Shown here piece after piece: positions 17,810 through 26,894 of a stretch of 60,357 bases of DNA. The notes below the pieces were generated by a model. It made no database searches. It saw only the letters and a list, made by a program, of their open reading frames with translations, and was not told the DNA's origin. Positions within the stretch are counted from its first letter, which is position 1. The number at the start of each line of letters is the position of its first letter. The position numbers and the translations under genes are program-made. The stretch lies in IMG/VR virus record IMGVR_UViG_3300035211_000039, positions 1 to 60,357 of that record; one strand, written 5' to 3'. This DNA comes from a virus. Its lineage: Duplodnaviria; Caudoviricetes.

Positions 17810-18778
17810 ATGGCAACCAAAAAAGATGCAAAAAAACAGGAAAATGGTGGAACCAACGCGCTAATCGAGATAAAAAAGGAGACCGCCGACATCGTTCTTT
17901 CTAAGGTTCAGGTGTTCCACAAAAATGGAGAGCTTGACCTTCCTCCGAACTATTCTCCGTCAAATGCGCTTAAATCTGCATGGCTTATGCTTCAAGGCGT
18001 TAAAGACCGAGACGATAACCCTGCGCTTCAGGTATGCACCCGCACATCAATAGCCAATGCATTGCTTAACATGGTAATCCAAGGCCTTAACCCGGCGAAG
18101 GATCAGTGCTATTTCATCGTCTACGGAACAACCCTTACGCTTCAAAGGTCATACCACGGAGCAAGGGCTGTCGCGCTTCGGGTAGATGACCGCCTCGACG
18201 ATATATACGCCGAGGTGATCTATAAAGGAGACGAGCTGGATTTCGATATCAATCTTGGTCAGCGATACCCAGGAACCCATCACCAGAAATTTCAGAATAT
18301 CGATGACAACAACATTGTCGGCGCCTACGCCGTTGCCATCGGCAAGGACGGAAAAGTAAGACGGTGCGAGCTGATGACCATCAAGCAGATCCACCAGTCA
18401 TGGAAACAGAGCCCTATGAAGCCGGTCAACGATGACGGCACCATCAAACCAAACTCTGTACATGCGAAATTTCCGGTGGAGCAGTGCCGGAAAACGGTTG
18501 TCAATAAAATCTCCAAGCACATCATCAACGCTTCTTCCGACTCAGGCCTCGATATTTTGATCGGATCAATTCGCAGGACCGACGAGGAGGCCTACGAGGC
18601 AGAGACCCGTCAGGAGATCGAGGATTTCGCCAACAGTGGTGAAGTCATCGATATCGGAGATCACAAGAGCGCCTCAGAGGCCGAAAATGGGACGATCTCG
18701 GAAAGTGATGAGGTGGACCAGCCCGAGGACGATAGCGGCAAGGAGGCAGTGCAGGGGAAGCCCAAGCCAGCATTTTAA
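17810..18778 (+). CDS. recT: RecT-family ssDNA annealing recombinase
   Basis: CTRTSIANALL.MV.QGLNP.K.QCYFIVYG..QRSY.G; GGAGG RBS before 17810. Confidence 0.9.
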   Translation: MATKKDAKKQENGGTNALIEIKKETADIVLSKVQVFHKNGELDLPPNYSPSNALKSAWLMLQGVKDRDDNPALQVCTRTSIANALLNMVIQGLNPAKDQCYFIVYGTTLTLQRSYHGARAVALRVDDRLDDIYAEVIYKGDELDFDINLGQRYPGTHHQKFQNIDDNNIVGAYAVAIGKDGKVRRCELMTIKQIHQSWKQSPMKPVNDDGTIKPNSVHAKFPVEQCRKTVVNKISKHIINASSDSGLDILIGSIRRTDEEAYEAETRQEIEDFANSGEVIDIGDHKSASEAENGTISESDEVDQPEDDSGKEAVQGKPKPAF

Positions 18779-18788
18779 CAGAATTCCA

Positions 18789-18961
18789 TAGCCGTGGGGG
18801 AGGCTGCGAGGGAACAGTGGGTCATGTTGCGGGTAGCGGTTCCGGCCTATGATCCTGTAAGGGAATTTATCCCGGTGAAGATTTAACGGCCTGCCGGGAC
18901 AAACTCAATGATATGGGTATGCACGGCCGGACGGGTAATGGTGGGTGGTACCCCATGGCCA
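18789..18961 (+). ncRNA. Putative structured intergenic RNA
   Basis: Closing stem GCCGTGGGG/CCCCATGGC; inner stems GGGTCAT/ATGATCC and TCCCGG/CCGGGA. Confidence 0.45.
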
Positions 18962-19006
18962 ACGACGTAGGGATAGGGTGTGCGAACCTAAAAGGAGGTG
19001 TTTAAA

Positions 19007-19606
19007 ATGCCAACAGGATTCACAAAATGCATTTCCGATGATGTTTCTTTTGAAAAGTTTGTTATGGGATGCGCCCGTGCGTTTGGTGCGCTCATTACCA
19101 TGCGAGACGATCCATTGGATGCTGAAATACCGGACGAGTTTCAGCCGACAGACTATCACACAAAACAGCTTTCTGATCTGGAGGCCAAGCTTGCCGTACT
19201 GCGTACAATGTCAATTTTTGACGCTGAAATAGAGGCAGACAAGGAATACCTAAACCGCTGCGCTCAAAAAGAAGACGGAATCCGTAAGGACAGAGAATTG
19301 CGTGGGAAATATAAAGCGATGCTGGCTAAAGTCGATGCTTGGGAGCCACCAACCGACGAGCACACAGAAATTAAAAAGTTTATGATGGAGCAAATACGAG
19401 AGTCGATAGAGTTCGATTGTTCCGAGTCGTATTACCTGGAAAAGAAAATTGAAAAGCTTTCAGGCGAAGATTGGTTGGCTAACAAAATCGAATCTACGGT
19501 CAACAGTATTGGATACCACAAAATAGAGCACCAAAAAGAGGTTGACAGATGCGCCGTCCGTAGCAAGTGGGTGCGCGAGCTGCGGCAAAGTTTAGCAACA
19601 CAGTGA
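19007..19606 (+). CDS. Conserved phage hypothetical protein
   Basis: MPTGFT..F..F.M.CARAFGA; AGGAGG RBS. Confidence 0.85.
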   Translation: MPTGFTKCISDDVSFEKFVMGCARAFGALITMRDDPLDAEIPDEFQPTDYHTKQLSDLEAKLAVLRTMSIFDAEIEADKEYLNRCAQKEDGIRKDRELRGKYKAMLAKVDAWEPPTDEHTEIKKFMMEQIRESIEFDCSESYYLEKKIEKLSGEDWLANKIESTVNSIGYHKIEHQKEVDRCAVRSKWVRELRQSLATQ

Positions 19607-19644
19607 CCAGGAGTGCGCATGCAATTCAAAAGCTATTATAGTTG

Positions 19645-19673
19645 TTGACAAACTTACTCATAGGGGGTACTTT
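19645..19673 (+). promoter_or_regulatory. Sigma70-type promoter
   Basis: TTGACA-17-TACTTT, 5 nt before an ATG. Confidence 0.7.
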
Positions 19674-19678
19674 AAGGG

Positions 19679-19804
19679 ATGAAGTTAAAACTCAAAAAAC
19701 TTAAATGCAAAAGGTGCGGCCACAAATGGACTCCAAGAAAAGAGATCATCACGATATGCCCGAAATGCAAAAGCCCCTATTGGAATAGAAAGAAATCGAA
19801 ATGA
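19679..19804 (+). CDS. 41-aa Zn-ribbon protein
   Basis: CKRCGHKWTPR..CPKCKSPYW; ATGA overlap with next gene. Confidence 0.8.
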   Translation: MKLKLKKLKCKRCGHKWTPRKEIITICPKCKSPYWNRKKSK

Positions 19805-20491
19805 AAATGATGTCACTCGCCAGCGGCAGCTCGGGAAACTGCTACATCATAGAGGACTCAGGACATAAACTGATGATCGAGTGTGGAATACCCATCAAAA
19901 AGATATCTGAGAAAGGAGGTTTTAAAGTTCATGAGATGCAAGGCTGTCTTGTTTCTCATGAACACTGACCGAAAGGACCATTGTAAGGCAATCAAAGATA
20001 TCATGAAAAAGTCGGTCGATGTTTATGCATCAAAAGGAACCCTCGAAAGTCTCGGTGTAAGTGGACACAAAGCCCATCCGGTAGAGGCCATGAAACTATT
20101 TAGTGTAGGAAATTTCAAAGCAGTTCCATTCAATACTCAGCACGACGCTGCAGAACCTTTCGGGTTTTTCATAACTGGTCCATCAGGAGAAAAGCTTCTC
20201 TATATCACCGACTCTTTCTACATCAAGAACAGGTTCGCCGGCATCAACATCCTGGCCATTGAGTGCAACTATTCAGACGAGACATGGATGCCCGGGATTA
20301 AGCCGTACCTTAAAAAGCGGATCCAGAGATCTCACTTTTCCCTGCAGAACGTGAAAGACTTCATCAAGGCAAACGATATGTCAGGATGCAGGGAGATCCA
20401 CCTCATCCATATTTCAAAATCGAATGGGGATCCCGATATGTTCGTCAAGGAGATCCAGAGATTAACCGGGATACCTACTTACGCGCATTGA
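19801..20491 (+). pseudogene. MBL-fold metallo-hydrolase (YycJ-like) interrupted by a 7-nt insert; pseudogene or recoded
   Basis: LASGSSGNCY..IECG..SHEH-stop; KDH..HDAAEP.GF..YITD..IECNY..SHFS..LIHIS in the +1 frame. Confidence 0.85.
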
Positions 20492-20501
20492 TAGGAATGA
20501 A

Positions 20502-21851
20502 ATGGATAAATTCAAGCTGCACATAGGCGATGCACTCACGATCTTGAAGACCATGCCGGATCAGTCAGTTCATTGCTGCGTGACTTCTCCACCGTATTGG
20601 GGGCTAAGGGATTATGGCGTTGAGGGACGCGTCTGGGGAGGTATTGAAGATTGTGATCATGAATGGGGAGACAACATAAATATTCACAAGGGCGGTCCTA
20701 CTGGAAATGGCGATCTAAAACAAGGCAACCGTCGTGTTTGCGACGAGCACGATAAAATGAAATACATAATAGCTGGAAAATTCTGCCAAAAGTGTGGCGC
20801 ATGGTTCGGATGCCTTGGTTTGGAACCGACACCGGAACTTTATGTCGACCACATCGCAATTATTTTCGCGGAGGTCCTCCGCGTTCTGCGTGACGATGGA
20901 ACGCTTTGGTTGAATTTGGGGGATAGTTACGCAACGGGCGCGGGAAAAGTTGGAAATTGTCCTGGTGGTGGAGACCAGGGAGAACGATTTAAAAAGTACG
21001 GACCTGCAAGGGCACAGGTTCCTGATGGTAAAAATCCTATGAGCGGTATTCCGACATACCAGCCAAACAGAATGCCTATTGATGGTTTAAAGCCAAAAGA
21101 CCTTGTTGGCATACCCTGGATGGTGGCCTTTTCCCTCCGCTCATACGGGTGGTTTTTGCGCCAAGATATCATCTGGCACAAACCAAATCCTATGCCGGAA
21201 AGTGTCAGAGATCGATGCACCAAGGCGCATGAGTATATATTTCTATTCTCAAAAAGCGGGAAAAAAATATTATGGCGTAATTCCAAGACAAATGCGTGGG
21301 TATACGAAAAACCTGATCCAGAATACAAATGGTTTGACAAAATAGGGAATGAAGTTTGGAACTCATCAAAAACAGCCCCGCACTACATCATGGATGAGTG
21401 TAAGCGCCGAAATAGATGGTCTGGTTACGATTACTATTACGACCAGGAATCTATAAAAGAATCGGCAGACCCCCAAAACCATAGAGATTGCCCAACAGGT
21501 AGGCGAGATACGCCGCCCGGTACAGAATCAGATAAAGGCTTTCTAAATGGTCGATACTATACTGATAGAAACAAAAGATCAGTATGGTCGATTACAACTA
21601 AACCGTTCACTGGAGCACACTTCGCCGTATTCCCACCAGACCTTATAGATCCCTGTATCTTGGCGGGATGTCCCGAGGGCGGAACGGTATTTGATCCGTT
21701 CACCGGATCCGGAACTACGGGAGAGGTGGCGCTTAAACACTTCCGCAAGTTCATCGGCATAGAGCTTAACACGACCTATGCCAAAGAGATAGCGATGCCC
21801 AGGATGGAGAAAGAGGCTGTTAAATTTAAACAGGTCAACATTTTCGAATAA
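20502..21851 (+). CDS. DNA amino-methyltransferase (beta class, N4-C/N6-A)
   Basis: TSPPY, WHKPNPMPES, HFAVFP, DPFTGSGTT. Confidence 0.95.
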   Translation: MDKFKLHIGDALTILKTMPDQSVHCCVTSPPYWGLRDYGVEGRVWGGIEDCDHEWGDNINIHKGGPTGNGDLKQGNRRVCDEHDKMKYIIAGKFCQKCGAWFGCLGLEPTPELYVDHIAIIFAEVLRVLRDDGTLWLNLGDSYATGAGKVGNCPGGGDQGERFKKYGPARAQVPDGKNPMSGIPTYQPNRMPIDGLKPKDLVGIPWMVAFSLRSYGWFLRQDIIWHKPNPMPESVRDRCTKAHEYIFLFSKSGKKILWRNSKTNAWVYEKPDPEYKWFDKIGNEVWNSSKTAPHYIMDECKRRNRWSGYDYYYDQESIKESADPQNHRDCPTGRRDTPPGTESDKGFLNGRYYTDRNKRSVWSITTKPFTGAHFAVFPPDLIDPCILAGCPEGGTVFDPFTGSGTTGEVALKHFRKFIGIELNTTYAKEIAMPRMEKEAVKFKQVNIFE

Positions 21852-21861
21852 AGGAGGAATC

Positions 21862-22578
21862 ATGTCAAAACCATTAGACATCACCATTTCGGCAAAGAAC
21901 CTGGGGGCCATGATGCTTGAGGATGCCTGCGAACGGTGTTTTTGGATCAAGAACAAGCTCAAGGTGCCGTGGCAGATTTTCCCCGGTATTTTCTCCAGCA
22001 TCGACAGCTATACAAAGAAGGCCGTCCATGCATGGTTCGACCACTTCAAGGAGCCGCCCCCCTGGATACCGGCGCTGAAAAACGCGGTTGATTATCTTCC
22101 GACGCCTCACTGGAAGAAATATTTTCGCACAGACCCGCTCACCGGAATAACAGTCCGGACGGTTGCCGATGATATCATGCGGGATAAAGACGGGTGTATC
22201 ATCATCCCGGACTACAAAACGGCCAAATGGACCAAGAACCAGGACAAGCTGTTACCCATGTACGAGGTTCAACAGAACGCCTCTGCTTGGATACAGCAGG
22301 GTTTCGGCGATCGCGTCGTTGCAATTCCGCTGGTGTACTGTGAGCCTCAAACATCGCCGGATGTGTGGGGACACCTGTTGTCGGCCGAGGGATTCAGTAT
22401 GGAGTTTAAAACCCATCAGCTGGATATCGAAATCAACCCAAGGAAGTTTGCCGAGGTTCTGTCCAGGGCGAAAGGCATCCTATCCCTCAATGAGCCGCCT
22501 CCCAAGGGGAAGGGGTGCAAGGACTGCGCGCAGCTGGGAGATATCATCGAAGCACTGAATTGGGCCATTGATAGATGA
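21862..22578 (+). CDS. PD-(D/E)XK nuclease (Cas4/AddB-like)
   Basis: CERCFW, ADD..PDYKT, Q...A, C-terminal CKDC. Confidence 0.8.
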   Translation: MSKPLDITISAKNLGAMMLEDACERCFWIKNKLKVPWQIFPGIFSSIDSYTKKAVHAWFDHFKEPPPWIPALKNAVDYLPTPHWKKYFRTDPLTGITVRTVADDIMRDKDGCIIIPDYKTAKWTKNQDKLLPMYEVQQNASAWIQQGFGDRVVAIPLVYCEPQTSPDVWGHLLSAEGFSMEFKTHQLDIEINPRKFAEVLSRAKGILSLNEPPPKGKGCKDCAQLGDIIEALNWAIDR

Positions 22579-23045
22579 TCGACATCCTACTCACAAGAAA
22601 AGGCGGCATCTGGCAACCATGGTCTGAATATGACCGCATGGAGGGCTACAAGTACCAGGAGGGAAAGGTGGTCCGTTTCCGCGGTACGGGTGTCGGCGCC
22701 GAGAAGATGAGATCCTACAGGGAGCTGTGCGCCTACAAGGGATCTGTGGACTACATCAGCAGTCAAGCCTTTGAAGATGATAACCTGAACCACCCTATCA
22801 AGGTCGATGAGTTGACAAAGTGCAAGTTCGGTTTCCTTCGCGGTGATCCGATCGTGAGACCTGACGGCGGAATTCAGTTTCCTACCGACTCTTTGAAATA
22901 TGAGAATTGCCACCAGGACCGTAGTCACCGGTTTATCACCCAGGCACTCGAATTCCATGCCGGCTTGGTAGGCATCGAACCTAACTTCAAAACAGGTCAG
23001 TCTTCAGTTGACCGTTACCTGCAGCTTTTGAGGGATTTGAAATGA
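22575..23045 (+). CDS. Hypothetical protein (weakly NinB-like)
   Basis: Coupled ORF; resemblance only tentative. Confidence 0.6.
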   Translation: MIDILLTRKGGIWQPWSEYDRMEGYKYQEGKVVRFRGTGVGAEKMRSYRELCAYKGSVDYISSQAFEDDNLNHPIKVDELTKCKFGFLRGDPIVRPDGGIQFPTDSLKYENCHQDRSHRFITQALEFHAGLVGIEPNFKTGQSSVDRYLQLLRDLK

Positions 23046-23398
23046 AACCAGAGATACCTGCAAACATTGAAAAGCTTAGGGTGCGCAATGGCCAGTTAGG
23101 TTCAGACCCATCTTATGGAAGAAACGGGGTTTTTATAATTCCGTACTGTCATAAGAAACTGAGGGTGATCGTTTCCGATGGCGCCGGCTGGGACCATGTA
23201 AGCGTGAGCCTTCCGAACAGGTGCCCGAACTGGAAAGAGATGTGCTTTATCAAAAACCTGTTCTTTGAAAGGGATGAGACCGTTATCCAGTTTCACCCGA
23301 AAGAAAGCGAATATGTCAATCGATGCCCGAACTGTCTTCACCTTTGGAAAAGACAGGGGCAAGAGCATGAACTTCCTCCAACATGGATGGTGGGATGA
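23042..23398 (+). CDS. Conserved phage protein
   Basis: GWDHVSVS..RCPNW.EMC.IK.LFF..QFHP..CLHLW. Confidence 0.85.
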   Translation: MKPEIPANIEKLRVRNGQLGSDPSYGRNGVFIIPYCHKKLRVIVSDGAGWDHVSVSLPNRCPNWKEMCFIKNLFFERDETVIQFHPKESEYVNRCPNCLHLWKRQGQEHELPPTWMVG

Positions 23399-23610
23399 TG
23401 ATCTTCCAACCCATAAAAGGCCAGAGAGTGAGCATCCACTATCGAAAATCGGCCATGCGCAAAATGCCATGTGAAGGCATGAAGGGTGTTGTCGAAACCG
23501 TATCGAAAGGGCCAGGCCCGAGGAACGTTCTGGTCAAGTTTGAGCTGTGGCCTGATTCTGGCGATCACTTCTTTGAGGTCATTGCGAGAGGAAATCTGGT
23601 GGCGATATGA
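23395..23610 (+). CDS. Hypothetical protein
   Basis: ATGA overlaps at both ends. Confidence 0.65.
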   Translation: MMIFQPIKGQRVSIHYRKSAMRKMPCEGMKGVVETVSKGPGPRNVLVKFELWPDSGDHFFEVIARGNLVAI

Positions 23611-24038
23611 AAGCATTGAGTATCAAGCAACCATGGGCATGGGCTTTTCTGCACGGAAAAGATGTTGAAAATCGTGAATGGCGTTATCTGCCGAAATACA
23701 AAGGCCCTATTCTAATCCATGCATCGAAAACATTCGACAGAGAAGGTTATGTGTGGCTCTCCGAACACTGTAATTTACTCGACATTCCTGAAATGTCATT
23801 TCCCGACGAACAGGATTTTTTTCTGAAAATGAACGGATTCGGAACCGGTGGTGTCGTTGCGATGGGTTATATGACAGGCGCCGTCAGGCGGTCTGAATCT
23901 CCATGGTTCTTCGGTCCGGTCGGATTGCTGATCAACCAGGTTCGCAAGATTGACTTTATCCCATGGCGCGGCCAGCTTGGATTGTTCGATATCGATTCTC
24001 CTGAGCTGCACAAAATAGATTTCAAGTCGTTTCATTAG
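23607..24038 (+). CDS. ASCH domain protein
   Basis: MKALSIKQPWA..GKDVENR.W..IHAS..RGQLGLF. Confidence 0.92.
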   Translation: MKALSIKQPWAWAFLHGKDVENREWRYLPKYKGPILIHASKTFDREGYVWLSEHCNLLDIPEMSFPDEQDFFLKMNGFGTGGVVAMGYMTGAVRRSESPWFFGPVGLLINQVRKIDFIPWRGQLGLFDIDSPELHKIDFKSFH

Positions 24039-24051
24039 GAGGGCTTTATCC

Positions 24052-24408
24052 ATGAGTAGACGAGCCAGAGAGAGAAGGGGCCACCTTAAGGAATATTATG
24101 CCAATGCTCCATTCCCAAAGATAGGCGCCGTTCGTGTCAGTAAATATAAGCGCCGTCAACTTGAGGCATATGTTCACGAAAGGGACGGGCACCAATGCAA
24201 AAATCCAAACTGCCAATTCGTGGGCGCACCATGGCCAGCATCATATCTCACAATTCATCATGTGCAAAGATTGTCGCAATCTGGATCGGATACTAAAAAC
24301 AACACGATCACTATCTGCATGGGCTGCCATGATCTTATTGAGCGTCGGATTATAAGCGACGACTTCGCTAAGAAGTATCTAAACAAGCTCTATCCACAAC
24401 GTAAATAG
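24052..24408 (+). CDS. HNH endonuclease
   Basis: RDGHQC..C..HH..S.SGSD..N.ITICMGCH. Confidence 0.9.
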   Translation: MSRRARERRGHLKEYYANAPFPKIGAVRVSKYKRRQLEAYVHERDGHQCKNPNCQFVGAPWPASYLTIHHVQRLSQSGSDTKNNTITICMGCHDLIERRIISDDFAKKYLNKLYPQRK

Positions 24409-24453
24409 GGATAACCAACAACCATTAACCCACAACAAAAAGGAGTTATCAAG

Positions 24454-24726
24454 ATGGAAACATTAGGAAACGAAGTGCAACGTATCGGCCAGATAGATGC
24501 AGAGCTCAACAAATTGGCAGATATTATAGACAGGTGCGCATCACAGCAATAAGTTCTGGTCACAAGGCTTGAGGGGGTCATGAAAGATCCGGATGCACCA
24601 GGTCCACCACAGGATGGTAAAGCAGAGGAGCTGGTTCCTATGGCATCAAGAATACGATCGCTGCGTTACGATGTCGACCGGATATCTAAGTCAATCGTAG
24701 ACGTCATGGAAAGGCTGGAACTGTAA
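24454..24726 (+). pseudogene. Coiled-coil gene with one in-frame TAA
   Basis: AGGAG RBS; 90 codons with TAA at 24550-24552 and continuous helical pattern on both sides. Confidence 0.6.
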
Positions 24727-24823
24727 GGCAAGTGGGTTAGCGTTCAACTGAACCCCATCCTACGGGGTGGGGTTTGGTGGGGGGGGCTAAACGATATTAA
24801 CCAGCAGGGATAGTAGGTGCGTT

Positions 24824-25057
24824 TTGATAATAAATTGGTCGTTCATAGGTGAATTTCCGGTTAGAACATATGTTGCAACGAGTCACGTCCCGAAATCTGG
24901 AGATTACGTCAGATTATTGGATTCACTCGGATGGATTGAACGAATTGAAGATGGGTCGTGGAATTGTTTTGTAGCAAATCCGTTTAAATACATCGGGAAT
25001 GAACTATCAAAAGATACGGCGAAAACACTGTGCGAGAGAGAAATAAAAGCAACGTAG
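24824..25057 (+). CDS. Hypothetical protein
   Basis: 77-aa ORF, AGGTG RBS, TTG start. Confidence 0.5.
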   Translation: MIINWSFIGEFPVRTYVATSHVPKSGDYVRLLDSLGWIERIEDGSWNCFVANPFKYIGNELSKDTAKTLCEREIKAT

Positions 25058-25163
25058 TGACATGGCCCAGGAGATCGCCCACATGAACAACAGCGACGAT
25101 CCACCGGCTGATTGGCAAGAAACCGTTGAACGCCTGAAATCAATAGGCATGGAGGTTTAACAG

Positions 25164-25946
25164 ATGTCAACCAAGATAGAATGGTGTCAGGAAACGTGGA
25201 ATGCGATCACTGGATGCACACCAATCAGTGATGGGTGCCGAAACTGCTTTGCAGAACGGATGTCTCTGCGCCTCGCCGGAAGATATGGGTATCCGAAAGA
25301 TGATCCTTTTAGACCAGGGGTATGCCACCAAAACCAGCTTGAAAAGCCGGTTAAGTGGAAAAAACCCAGAATGATTTTCGTTTGCAGTATGGGCGACCTG
25401 TTCCACGAAAAGGTGAACATCATAAATGGGTGCAGGGTTTTGTCTTATGCGGAGATGGCACAGCAACACACATACCTGTTCTTGACAAAGCGCCCTGCTA
25501 TAATGAGGGACGCTTTTGAGTTCTTTTTGAGCGGCAGGAAGATGCCAAAAAACTGGTGGATCGGAGTCACCGCCGAGAACCAGAAAATGGCTGACGAGCG
25601 AATCCCCATCCTTTTGCAGATACCGGCATCAGTTCGATTCGTATCCGTTGAGCCTATGCTTTCAAGTATCAACTTGTCTCCATGGTTGGGAATTTCCAGG
25701 TTCGATGATGAAGCTGCATGGTCGAGGGATACCGGAAGTGATATTGATTGGGTAATCTGCGGTGGAGAGACAGGCCCTGGGGCGCGTATAATTTCAAGGG
25801 ATTGGGTGATATCTCTCAGAAACCAGTGCGTTTCCGCAAAAGTTCCGTTCTTTTTCAAGAAGTGGGGAAGCGTACTGTTCGGAAAAACGAATAACCCCAA
25901 AAACCACATGATAGACGGAGAGATTTGGGAGGAATACCCGCGATGA
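25164..25946 (+). CDS. Phage Gp37/Gp68 (DUF5131) three-Cys motif protein
   Basis: TKIEW..WN.ITGC..S.GC.NC.A, SMGDLFH, LTKRP, WVICGGETG, FFFKKWG. Confidence 0.92.
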   Translation: MSTKIEWCQETWNAITGCTPISDGCRNCFAERMSLRLAGRYGYPKDDPFRPGVCHQNQLEKPVKWKKPRMIFVCSMGDLFHEKVNIINGCRVLSYAEMAQQHTYLFLTKRPAIMRDAFEFFLSGRKMPKNWWIGVTAENQKMADERIPILLQIPASVRFVSVEPMLSSINLSPWLGISRFDDEAAWSRDTGSDIDWVICGGETGPGARIISRDWVISLRNQCVSAKVPFFFKKWGSVLFGKTNNPKNHMIDGEIWEEYPR

Positions 25947-26128
25947 ACCAAAAGCAAAAAGACCGAGCTGAGTGCTGCTTTAAGCTGATGGAATACGATC
26001 AGTTAACAGATCCGCAACATGACCTTATCATCAAGTACGAAAAGCAGTTCGAGGAAAAAGGATGGCTTTCAGATCGCCAAATGGAGGTACTTGAGGACAT
26101 ATTTAAACAGGCAGCGGAGAAGGCTTAG
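25943..26128 (+). CDS. Hypothetical protein
   Basis: GGAGG RBS, ATGA overlap. Confidence 0.7.
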   Translation: MNQKQKDRAECCFKLMEYDQLTDPQHDLIIKYEKQFEEKGWLSDRQMEVLEDIFKQAAEKA

Positions 26129-26605
26129 ATGATGGAAAAGGGCGCCATATTTTCACCGGGAAGAAAGTACAGGTACTTGCTCAGCAGAATATGGAAGCCG
26201 TCAAAAGGTGTTGCTCTGTTCGTGTGTCTGAACCCTTCAACGGCAGATGCAAACTTCGACGATCCAACCATAAGGCGATGCATCCGGTTTTCTGATTCTT
26301 GGGGTTACGGAGGTATGAAAATGGTCAACCTGTTTGCCCTCCGATCAACAGACCCAAAGGCCCTGTATGATTGTGAAGATCCAATCGGTCCAGAGAACGA
26401 CGAATACATTGGATACGAATCTGAAATAGCGGCCATTACCATAATTGCCTGGGGCGTTCATGGTGCATTTATGAATCGTGGTGAAGAAACATTGAACAGC
26501 AACCTGTTCGACCCTCACTTTCTTGCACTCACAAAAGATGGTCATCCAAGGCATCCACTGTATTTAAAAAAGGATCTTCGGCCGATTCCATGGGGGAAAT
26601 CTTAG
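26129..26605 (+). CDS. DUF1643 protein
   Basis: YRY.L.R.W..LNPSTAD..DDPTIRRC..NLFA.RSTDP..P.HPLY. Confidence 0.92.
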   Translation: MMEKGAIFSPGRKYRYLLSRIWKPSKGVALFVCLNPSTADANFDDPTIRRCIRFSDSWGYGGMKMVNLFALRSTDPKALYDCEDPIGPENDEYIGYESEIAAITIIAWGVHGAFMNRGEETLNSNLFDPHFLALTKDGHPRHPLYLKKDLRPIPWGKS

Positions 26606-26892
26606 ATGATTTTACCGGTACCGAAATACTGGAGGATGAAATGAGGGGATCAATGGCTGAGTGCCCAGTCCACTGTCCGCACCTAATAGATTGGGACGTT
26701 ATCAATGAGATGCTTTTCAGGATTGATCAACAAAAAGATTTCCAGCTCGTTCAGACATACATGGAATACCGTTATCGCCTGATAATATCGTTACTGGTGG
26801 CCACCTACTCGGCCAGGTACTGGCGCCGTCAGCCGCCGTCAAAATCAGGCTTTCTCGGGGTGGCCGGGAAGCGAAAAAAGGGGAAGGTGTAA
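26590..26892 (+). CDS. Hypothetical protein
   Basis: Fills operon; start uncertain (26590 or 26641). Confidence 0.55.
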   Translation: MGEILDDFTGTEILEDEMRGSMAECPVHCPHLIDWDVINEMLFRIDQQKDFQLVQTYMEYRYRLIISLLVATYSARYWRRQPPSKSGFLGVAGKRKKGKV

Positions 26893-26894
26893 TC

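Noticed and set aside
18858-18896. Cobalamin riboswitch (AAGGGAA..CCGGTG..CCTGCC)
   Set aside because: The expected hairpin after CCGGTG and the GCnACTG core are missing.
19966-19968. Selenocysteine or stop read-through in the MBL gene
   Set aside because: Read-through gives PKGPL-stop; the rest of the protein is in another frame.
21862-22578. CRISPR-Cas system
   Set aside because: Solo Cas4-like nuclease; no repeat-spacer array or other cas genes seen.
24550-24552. Alternative genetic code
   Set aside because: TAA, TAG and TGA all end well-defined genes; long genes are open in code 11.
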